Source of the DNA: Caulobacteraceae bacterium
Lineage (GTDB): Bacteria; Pseudomonadota; Alphaproteobacteria; Caulobacterales; Caulobacteraceae
DNA: 36,241 bases
Reading direction: 5' to 3'
Assembly (NCBI GenBank): GCA_035549595.1
Contig: DASZQQ010000475.1
Location: forward strand, 1-36,241
Both the position numbers and the translations under genes were made by a program. The notes under the pieces are model-generated. The model ran no database searches. It was given only the letters and a program-made list of their open reading frames with translations, and had not been told where the DNA came from. Below are positions 27,608 through 36,241 of the stretch, piece after piece (the first letter of the stretch is position 1; each line of letters starts with the position of its first letter).

Positions 27608-28140
27608 GCACGGGCAAGATCGCCGGCCTCGGCGAGGTGATGCAGCTGGCCTTCGTGCCGGCCGACTTCGACGCCGCGCTCGACCACTGGACCCGGGTGA
27701 TGGGCGCGGGGCCGTTCTTCGCCCTCGACCACGTCCAGCTCGAGGCGGTGAAGTACCGCGGCGCGCCGGCCCAGATCGATTTCTCCATGGCCCTCGGCTA
27801 CTGGGGCGACATCCAGATCGAGCTGATCCGCCAGCACAACGATGCGCCGTCGATCTACAAGACCTGGCGCGACGAGGGCCGCGAGGGCCTGCACCACGTC
27901 TGCATCCTGGTCGACGACATGGCCCACGCGCGCTCGGTGTGCGCGGCCGCCGGCGCCGAGGTGCTGCAGGAGGGCCTGGTGCCCGGCGGCGGCGAGGTGA
28001 TCTACGCCGATCCCGGCGGCGGACCGGGCTCGCTGGTCGAGATCCTGAAGCCCGCGCCGGGAGGCCTCGGCTTCTTCGCCATGATGCGCGAGGCCGCCCG
28101 CGGCTGGGACGGCGCCGACCCCTTGAGGAGGCTCGGATGA
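27604..28140 (+). CDS. VOC/glyoxalase-family protein
   Basis: QLAFV..D.D.A...W....G.GPF, QIELI, GLHHVCILVDD, LVEI; ATGA overlap. Confidence 0.85.
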   Translation: MSTGKIAGLGEVMQLAFVPADFDAALDHWTRVMGAGPFFALDHVQLEAVKYRGAPAQIDFSMALGYWGDIQIELIRQHNDAPSIYKTWRDEGREGLHHVCILVDDMAHARSVCAAAGAEVLQEGLVPGGGEVIYADPGGGPGSLVEILKPAPGGLGFFAMMREAARGWDGADPLRRLG

Positions 28141-28916
28141 GCGGACGGCTCGCGGACAAGGTCGCGCTCGTGACGGGCGGCGCCTCCGGCATCGGCGCGG
28201 CCTGCGCCCGCGCGTTCGCCGGCGAGGGCGCGAGGGTCGTCGTCACCGACGTCCAGGAGGACAAGGGCCGCGCGGTGGCGGCCGAGGTCGGCGGCCGGTT
28301 CGTGCCGCACGACGTCTCCGACGAGACCCAGTGGGAGCGTGCGATCGCCGAGACCCTGGGCGCCTACGGCCGCCTGGACGTGCTGGTGAACAACGCCGGC
28401 GTCTTCATTCCCCAGACGATCGAGGACTCCACCCTCGAGGTCTGGAACAAGGTGCTCGGGATCAACCTCACCGGCGTGATGCTGGGCTGCAAGCACGGGG
28501 TGAAGGCGATGAAGGCCAACCCGGGCGGCCCGTCCGGCTCGATCGTCAACGTCTCCTCGATCACCGGCTTCATCGGCCTCGCCTCGGCGGCCGCCTACAC
28601 CGCGTCGAAGGGCGGCGTGCGGCTGCTGACCAAGTCGGTGGCCGTCCACTGCGCCCGGACCTACCGCAACATCCGCTGCAACTCCCTGCACCCGGGCACG
28701 ATCGACACGCCGATGAACCAGGCCGCCTTCGACGCCAGCGGCGATCCGGCGGCGATGCGGGCGATGTTCGACGGCATGCAGCCGATCGGCCGCATGGCCA
28801 GCGCCGAGGAGATGGCCACCTGCGCCCTCTTCCTGGCCTCGGACGAGTCGAGCTTCGTCACCGGCTCGGAACTTCTCGCGGACGGCGGCTGGCTCGCCGC
28901 TGCCGGCCCGCTCTAG
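28137..28916 (+). CDS. SDR family oxidoreductase
   Basis: TGGASGIG, VNNAG, YTASKGGVRLLTKSVAVHCA. Confidence 0.92.
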   Translation: MSGRLADKVALVTGGASGIGAACARAFAGEGARVVVTDVQEDKGRAVAAEVGGRFVPHDVSDETQWERAIAETLGAYGRLDVLVNNAGVFIPQTIEDSTLEVWNKVLGINLTGVMLGCKHGVKAMKANPGGPSGSIVNVSSITGFIGLASAAAYTASKGGVRLLTKSVAVHCARTYRNIRCNSLHPGTIDTPMNQAAFDASGDPAAMRAMFDGMQPIGRMASAEEMATCALFLASDESSFVTGSELLADGGWLAAAGPL

Positions 28917-28934
28917 CCCCTAAGAGACCCCGAC

Positions 28935-29942
28935 ATGACCTCGAACATGAACCGCCAGTGGCTGATCAACGGCCGCCCGCGCGGCCGCCCGCTGGCGGAC
29001 GACGACTTCAAGTGGGTCGAGACCCCGCCCCGTGAACCGGGCGAGGGGGAAGCCCTGGTGCGCACGCTCTACCTCTCGTTCGATCCCGCCCAGAAGGGCT
29101 GGATGGAGAACATCGGCGGCTACGTCGCCCCCACCGAGATCGGCGAGGTGATGCGCGGCTCGGGCGTCGGCGAGGTGTTGGCCTCCAGCGCCCCCGGCCT
29201 GAAGGTCGGCGACAAGGTCACCGGCATGCTGGGCTGGCAGGACTATGCCACCCTGCCGGCGAAGGACCTCACCAAGGTCGCCGACGACGAGCTGCTGACG
29301 GCCAATCTCGGCGTGCTCGGCACCACCGGCATGACCGCCTTCTTCGGCCTCAACAAGATCGGCAAGCCGTTCCCGGGCGACACCCTGGTCATCACCGGCG
29401 CGGCCGGGGCGACCGGCTCGGTGGTCGGCCAGATCGGCAAGCTGGCCGGCTGCCGGGTGATCGGCGTCGCCGGGGGCGAGGCCAAATGCCGGTGGCTGGT
29501 CGACGAGGTCGGCTTCGACGCGGCGGTCGACTACAAGGCCGGCGACGTGCGCCGTCAGGTGCGCGAGCTGGCCCCCGGCGGCATCGACGTCCTCTGGGAC
29601 AACGTCGGCGGCAAGATCTTCAACGACCTCCTGGGCGAGATCGCCCTGCACGCCCGTGTCGTCGTCTGCGGCGGCATCTCGCGCTACGAGCTAGGCGACA
29701 TGCCGGCCGGGCCGGAGAACTACTTCAACCTGATCTTCAAGCGCGGCCACATGGAGGGCTTCATCGTCCTCGACTACATGGCCGAGTACCCCTGGGCGCG
29801 GGCCCGGATGGCCGCGTGGATCCGCGAGGGCCGGCTCCGCTACAAGGAGGACGTCCAGCACGGCCTGGAGAACGCGCCGCGCACCCTGGCCCGCCTGTTC
29901 CAGGGCGAGAACTTCGGCAAGCAGCTGCTGAAGGTCGTGTGA
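28935..29942 (+). CDS. NADP-dependent MDR oxidoreductase (prostaglandin/alkenal reductase type)
   Basis: LYLSFDP, GTTGMTAFFGL, GAAGATGSVVGQIGK, DNVGG, G.NFGKQLLKV. Confidence 0.92.
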   Translation: MTSNMNRQWLINGRPRGRPLADDDFKWVETPPREPGEGEALVRTLYLSFDPAQKGWMENIGGYVAPTEIGEVMRGSGVGEVLASSAPGLKVGDKVTGMLGWQDYATLPAKDLTKVADDELLTANLGVLGTTGMTAFFGLNKIGKPFPGDTLVITGAAGATGSVVGQIGKLAGCRVIGVAGGEAKCRWLVDEVGFDAAVDYKAGDVRRQVRELAPGGIDVLWDNVGGKIFNDLLGEIALHARVVVCGGISRYELGDMPAGPENYFNLIFKRGHMEGFIVLDYMAEYPWARARMAAWIREGRLRYKEDVQHGLENAPRTLARLFQGENFGKQLLKVV

Positions 29943-29946
29943 GACC

Positions 29947-30750
29947 GTGCCCATCCTGCGCTACGGCGAGGCCCTGAACGTCCTTGTGGCGGTGAAGGGC
30001 CATCCCTTCGACCGCTCGGCGTTCGGCGCGATTTTCGACGAGATGCCGGGTGTGGCGGCGGCCATCGTCGACCAGCCGGCCGCCGCGCGCCTGATGACGC
30101 CTGAAGGCATGGCTGGCTTCGACGCCCTGGTGCTCTACGACATGCCGGGCATCGACTTCCGCAGCCCGGGCGGCGCGCGGTTCGTGGCGCCGGACGAGGC
30201 GGTGAAGCGAGGCTTCCTGGCGATGCTGGACGCCGGCGTGCCCGTCGTCGCCCTGCACCACGCCATCGCCGGCTGGCCGGCCTGGCCGCAGTACGGCGAG
30301 CTGCTGGGCGGCCGGTTCCTCTACCAGCCCGCGACGGTGCGCGGCGCCCCGCGCCTCGATTCCGGCTACCGCCACGAGGTCGCCTACGACGCCGTCGCCG
30401 CGGCGCCGGGCCACCCGATCCTGGAAGGCCTGCCCGAGCGCATCCCGCTGAAGGACGAGCTCTACCTGTTCGAGGTGTTTCAGGACGAGGTCCAGCCGCT
30501 GCTGCGCGCCGACCACGCCTTCGTCCGGGACGGCTTCTACTCCGCCGCCCAGGCCGTGGCCGGCAGGATGTTCTCGAACGAGGGCTGGGAGCATCCGCCG
30601 GGATCCGACCTGATCGGCTGGACCAAGACGGCGCGAAAGAGCCCCCTCGTCTATCTCCAGCCCGGCGACGGGCCAGAGACCTACGCCAATCCGCACTACC
30701 GCCGCCTCGTCGCCAACGCGATCGCCTGGGCCGCGAGGGCGAGGCCGTGA
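29947..30750 (+). CDS. ThuA-like domain protein (second)
   Basis: KGHPFD, YDMPG, VVALHHA, HPIL.GLP.....DELY, VYLQPGD. Confidence 0.75.
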   Translation: MPILRYGEALNVLVAVKGHPFDRSAFGAIFDEMPGVAAAIVDQPAAARLMTPEGMAGFDALVLYDMPGIDFRSPGGARFVAPDEAVKRGFLAMLDAGVPVVALHHAIAGWPAWPQYGELLGGRFLYQPATVRGAPRLDSGYRHEVAYDAVAAAPGHPILEGLPERIPLKDELYLFEVFQDEVQPLLRADHAFVRDGFYSAAQAVAGRMFSNEGWEHPPGSDLIGWTKTARKSPLVYLQPGDGPETYANPHYRRLVANAIAWAARARP

Positions 30751-32936
30751 GCGGCGACCGCGAGATGCGGCACACCATCTGCCGCGCCTGCCACGCCCAG
30801 TGCGCCCTGGTGGTCGAGATGGAGGACGGCCGGCCGGCCAAGCTCTACGGCGACAAGGACAATCCGATCTACGCCGGCTTCTCGTGCATCAAGGGCCGCG
30901 AGCTGGCCGCCTACCACGACGCCCCCTCGCGCCTGCTGCGATCGCTGAAGCGCCAGCCCGACGGAAGCCACGCCCCGATCGCCTCGGCGGACCTGATCGC
31001 CGAGCTCGCCGAGCGCATCGACGGCATCGTCGCGCGCCATGGCCCGAGATCGGTGGCCCTCTACATAGGCACCCACGGCTACAACAACTTCGCCAGTTCG
31101 GCGTTCGCCAACGCCTTCCTGGACGCCCTCGGCTCGCCGATGAAGTTCACCAGCGTCACCATCGACCAGCCGGGCAAGGCGGTGTCGCTGATGCTGCACG
31201 GCCCTTGGCTGGCCGGGACGCCGACGATCGAGCACTGGGACGTGCTGACCCTGGTCGGGACCAATCCGATCGTGTCGATGAACGGCGGCCTCGGCATGAA
31301 CCCGGCCCGCCAGCTGCACCGCGCCCGCCAGCGCGGCATGAAGCTCGTCGTCATCGATCCGCGGCGCACCGACTGCGCCGAACAGGCCGACATCCACCTG
31401 CAGGCGAGACCCGGCGAGGACGCGCCGGTCCTGGCCGCGATCGCCCGCGAACTGATCGAGACCGGCCGTTTCGACGGCGGCTTCGTGGCCGCGGAGGCCA
31501 CCGGCCTTGCCGCCCTGCGCGCGGCCGTGGCCCCCTTCACCTGCGAGCGGGCCGGCGAGCGGGCCGGGCTCGATCCGGAAGCGATCCGCGCGGCCGCCAA
31601 GATGATCGGCGAGGCCCGCCGCGGCGCCTTCAGCGCCGGCACCGGGGCCAACATGTCGGGCCGCGGCAACCTCGTCGAATACCTGCTGAAGGTCCTGACC
31701 ACCCTGAAGGGCTTCTGGCGCCGCGCCGGCGACGAGGTCGCCAATCCCGGGGTGCTGATCCAGCCGGCGCCGCCCATCGCCGCCTCCCCCGGCCCCGGCA
31801 AGGCCTGGGACCTCGGGACCGACCTGCGCGTGCGAGGCCTTAAGGCCTGCGCGGCGGGCCTGCCGACCGCCGGCCTCGCCGAGGAGATCCTGACGCCGGG
31901 CGAGGGCCAGGTCCGGGCCCTGATCGTGCTCGGCGGCAACCCGATCCTCGCCTGGCCCGACCAGATCCGCACGGTGGAGGCGATGAAGGCGCTGGAGCTG
32001 CTGGTCTGCTTCGACCCGCGCCTGTCGGCGACGGCGAAGCACGCGCACTACGTCGTCGCGCCGAAGCTGCCGCTGGAGGTCTGCGCACCGACCGCCCTGA
32101 ACGAAATGATCGGCAACTTCGGGCCGGGCTGGGGCTTCCATCGCCCCTACGCCCAGTGGGCCGAGCCCCTGACCGAACCGCCCGCCGGGTCCGACGTGCT
32201 CGAGGAATGGCAGGTGTTCCACGGCCTCGCCGCGCGCCTCGCCTTGCCGCTCACGATCTCGCCCATCAGCCTGCTCGATCCGGCCGAGTCCGCCGCGGCG
32301 GCGACCGTCGTTCCGCCCGGCGCGGCGCTGCAGCCCGACGACGTCTGGCGGATGCTGCTGAAAGGCGCGCCGGTCGGCTTCGACGAGCTCAGGACCGCCG
32401 AGCGCGGGCGCCTGTTCGAGCGGCCCGCCGTGACCGTGCAACCAAAGCCGGCAGACTGGCAGGGCCGCCTCGACATCGGCGCCGCGCCGATGATGGCCGA
32501 GCTCGCCGACATCGCCGCCGAGACCGTGTCGCCGGCCGACCCCTATCCCTTCCGCCTGATCTCGCGGCGGATGCGCGACGTGCTGAACTCGACCTGGCAC
32601 GAGCATGCGCCCCTGCGGCGCGCGCACGCCACCAACCCCGCCTTCCTGCACCCGGACGACCTCGCGGCGCTGGGCCTGCAGTCCGGCGACCTCGTCGAGA
32701 TCGAGAGCGTCCACGCGTCCCTGCGCGCCGTGGCCGAGGCGGCGCCGGACGTCCGCCGCGGCTGCGTTTCCATGACCCACGCCTGGGGCGGCGCGCCGGG
32801 CGAGGACGACGACCCGCGCCTCGCCGGCGCCAACACCGGCCGCCTCACCCCCGTCGACCGCGACTTCGATCCCTGGACCGGCATGCCGCGCATGAGCGCG
32901 ATCCCGGTCCGGCTGCGGGCGGCCGGCGAGGCTTGA
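30747..32936 (+). CDS. Molybdopterin (bis-MGD) oxidoreductase, catalytic subunit
   Basis: N-terminal CRACHAQC...CIKG Fe-S motif; KLVVIDPRRT; GGNP; LHPDD...LGL..GD.V C-terminal domain. Confidence 0.9.
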   Translation: MSGDREMRHTICRACHAQCALVVEMEDGRPAKLYGDKDNPIYAGFSCIKGRELAAYHDAPSRLLRSLKRQPDGSHAPIASADLIAELAERIDGIVARHGPRSVALYIGTHGYNNFASSAFANAFLDALGSPMKFTSVTIDQPGKAVSLMLHGPWLAGTPTIEHWDVLTLVGTNPIVSMNGGLGMNPARQLHRARQRGMKLVVIDPRRTDCAEQADIHLQARPGEDAPVLAAIARELIETGRFDGGFVAAEATGLAALRAAVAPFTCERAGERAGLDPEAIRAAAKMIGEARRGAFSAGTGANMSGRGNLVEYLLKVLTTLKGFWRRAGDEVANPGVLIQPAPPIAASPGPGKAWDLGTDLRVRGLKACAAGLPTAGLAEEILTPGEGQVRALIVLGGNPILAWPDQIRTVEAMKALELLVCFDPRLSATAKHAHYVVAPKLPLEVCAPTALNEMIGNFGPGWGFHRPYAQWAEPLTEPPAGSDVLEEWQVFHGLAARLALPLTISPISLLDPAESAAAATVVPPGAALQPDDVWRMLLKGAPVGFDELRTAERGRLFERPAVTVQPKPADWQGRLDIGAAPMMAELADIAAETVSPADPYPFRLISRRMRDVLNSTWHEHAPLRRAHATNPAFLHPDDLAALGLQSGDLVEIESVHASLRAVAEAAPDVRRGCVSMTHAWGGAPGEDDDPRLAGANTGRLTPVDRDFDPWTGMPRMSAIPVRLRAAGEA

Positions 32937-32972
32937 GCCCATCGGTGTCCGCTCACCTATGCCGCCTCGGCC

Positions 32973-33204
32973 GGGCGACCTCTGGGCGCCTTCTCCCCAC
33001 GCGGGAGAAGGTGTCGCCGCAGGCGACGGATGAGGGGGCTCCCGGACACCTCAGCGCGGACGGCATAGCCGAAATCCCGGAGCTCCAGGAAAGCCCGCTG
33101 GAGCGGCGCTGCCAGCTTCACGGCGCACGCCGGAGGGCCCCCTCATCCGACGGCTTCGCCGCCACCTTCTCCCGCGTGGGGAGAAGGGACGCCAGAGGTC
33201 GCCC
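32973..33204. repeat. MITE/REPIN-like element, copy 2
   Basis: Arms nearly identical to those of 17495-17728; diverged core. Confidence 0.85.
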
Positions 33205-33269
33205 AGACAACCCGGAGCGGCCCATGCACGCCTCTGGCTCCCAGTGCGGTAGCGCTGACTGGACGAGCC

Positions 33270-34853
<1,584 letters not shown>

Positions 34854-34894
34854 GCCAGTCTCTCCCCTCGCGGGCCGCCTCTCGCGGGGGCGCC

Positions 34895-34931
34895 GCCAAA
34901 ACAGTCGCGAATGCCAAAACAGTCGCGAATG
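34895..34931. repeat. Perfect 18-bp tandem duplication
   Basis: GCCAAAACAGTCGCGAAT x2. Confidence 0.9.
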
Positions 34932-34936
34932 ATTGT

Positions 34937-34957
34937 ATAAATCAGGGCTGACTTTTT
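34937..34957. promoter_or_regulatory. Putative operator 5 (divergent promoter)
   Basis: ATAAATCAGGGCTGACTTTTT, weaker match to the 20366 site. Confidence 0.45.
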
Positions 34958-35012
34958 CCAGAGCCCCGCTATCGTCCCTCGCATCGAAGCGCGCCAGACG
35001 CCAGGAGGAAGA

Positions 35013-35426
35013 ATGCCCGCCGAGGCCAGGCCCATCGCCGAAGGGCTGTTCGTCACCACGCCAAAGCCGCACCTTCTGGGCGGCCGGCGCAAGAGCGACG
35101 GCAAGATCGTGTTCCCCGCGCCGCAGGGCGCCGAAGCGGCCCTCTACGACGTCGTCGAGCTGGCCGACGAGGGCCGCCTCTGGTCGTACACGGTCCAGCG
35201 CTTCCGGCCGAAGTCGCCGCCCTACGCCGGCGCCGAGGACGACCGCAGCTTCCGGCCCTTCGCCCTGGGCTACGTCGAACTGCCAGGCCAGGTGATCGTC
35301 GAGAGCCGGATCGAGACCGACGACCCCGCTTCGCTGAAGATCGGCATGCCGATGCGGCTGGTGCTGAAGCCGTTCGAGCGGGCCGACGGCCCCGTCCTGA
35401 CCTACGCCTTCGCACCGGCCGCCTGA
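35013..35426 (+). CDS. DUF35/ChsH2-like OB-fold protein
   Basis: GRLWSYTVQRF.P..PPY, PFALGYVELP...IVESR, LKIGMPM.L; directly upstream of thiolase. Confidence 0.85.
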   Translation: MPAEARPIAEGLFVTTPKPHLLGGRRKSDGKIVFPAPQGAEAALYDVVELADEGRLWSYTVQRFRPKSPPYAGAEDDRSFRPFALGYVELPGQVIVESRIETDDPASLKIGMPMRLVLKPFERADGPVLTYAFAPAA

Positions 35427-35443
35427 AGAGAGGGAACGAAGCC

Positions 35444-36241
35444 ATGACCGAAGTCCACATCGTCGGCGCCGGCATCCACCCGTTCGGGCGCCATGACGAG
35501 CTCTCCGGCCTCGACCAGGGTGTCTTCGCCGTGCGCGAGGCCCTGGCGGACGCCGGCGTCGACTGGCGCGACATCCAGTTCGCCTTCGGCGGCTCGTCCG
35601 CCGCCGGCAACGCCGACGCCATGCTGCCCCGGCTGGGGCTGACGGGCGTGCAGTTCATCAACGTCGCCAACGGCTGCGCCACCGGGGGCTCGGCCCTTCT
35701 GTCGGGCTACTGGGCGATCAAGTCGGGCGAGTTCGACCTGGGCGTCGTGCTCGGCTTCGACAAGCACCCACGCGGGGCTTTCAACCCCGAGCCGGCCGAC
35801 TGGGGCCTGCCCGACTGGTACGGCGAGACCGGGCTGATGCTGACGACCCAGTTCTTCGCCAACAAGATCAACCGCTACATGGGCCTTCACGGCATCACGC
35901 CCATGACCCTGGCCCGCGTGGCCGAGAAGGCGTTCGAGAACGGCGCCCGCACGCCCCACTCCTGGCGCAAGCAGCCGATGGACGCCGAGGCGATCCTCGC
36001 CTCGCAGATGGTCTCCGACCCGCTGACCAAGTTCATGTTCTGCTCGCCGGCCGAGGGCGGCGCGGCGCTGATCCTGGCCTCGGACCGCAAGATGCGCGAG
36101 CTCGGCCTTGCCGGCCCCAAGGTGCGCGGCGCGGCGGTGCGCACGCGCGTCGAAGGCTCGTTCGAGGTGTTCGCCCCGTCGCTAGCGATCGAGCGCGGCC
36201 CCTCCCCGACCCAGATCGCCTCCAAGGCCGCGTACGAGATG
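35444..36241 (+). CDS. SCP-x/lipid-transfer-type thiolase (3' truncated by window edge)
   Basis: Own translation from ATG 35444: MTEVHIVGAGIHPFGR...NVANGCATGGSAL...FCSPAEGGAALIL; open to the end of the window. Confidence 0.88.
   Translation, partial: MTEVHIVGAGIHPFGRHDELSGLDQGVFAVREALADAGVDWRDIQFAFGGSSAAGNADAMLPRLGLTGVQFINVANGCATGGSALLSGYWAIKSGEFDLGVVLGFDKHPRGAFNPEPADWGLPDWYGETGLMLTTQFFANKINRYMGLHGITPMTLARVAEKAFENGARTPHSWRKQPMDAEAILASQMVSDPLTKFMFCSPAEGGAALILASDRKMRELGLAGPKVRGAAVRTRVEGSFEVFAPSLAIERGPSPTQIASKAAYEM

Overview
GC-rich alphaproteobacterial DNA, most like Caulobacteraceae (Phenylobacterium/Caulobacter), judged from a close ShpA-type Hpt gene and the intergenic repeat families. Layout: (i) core genes gcvA-like LysR, shpA and tRNA-Lys(CTT), 1-1215. 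(ii) A large catabolic cluster of unknown substrate in two blocks, 1250-5620 and 13404-36241. It has six SDRs, two Rieske oxygenase alpha subunits, a P450, an epoxide hydrolase, a TonB receptor, split acoAB/acoC, acyl-CoA dehydrogenase, CoA ligase, DUF35+thiolase, a Mo-oxidoreductase and a TetR, and its promoters share an AACAAGC-N2-GCTTGACTTTTT-like operator. (iii) Between the blocks lie DUF1244, phoD and a ~5 kb more AT-rich array (8.5-13.4 kb) of small unrelated genes. The most novel signal is in that array: nearly every gene ends at or inside a short degenerate hairpin, consensus (A/T)ANGTCCGC-N3-GGGTCG-N3-GCGGNC, with about 10 copies. One gene resembles an integron-cassette protein family, yet no canonical attC or integrase is visible. 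This suggests an integron-like cassette array with a non-attC junction site. All family assignments come from motif recognition by eye, not database searches.
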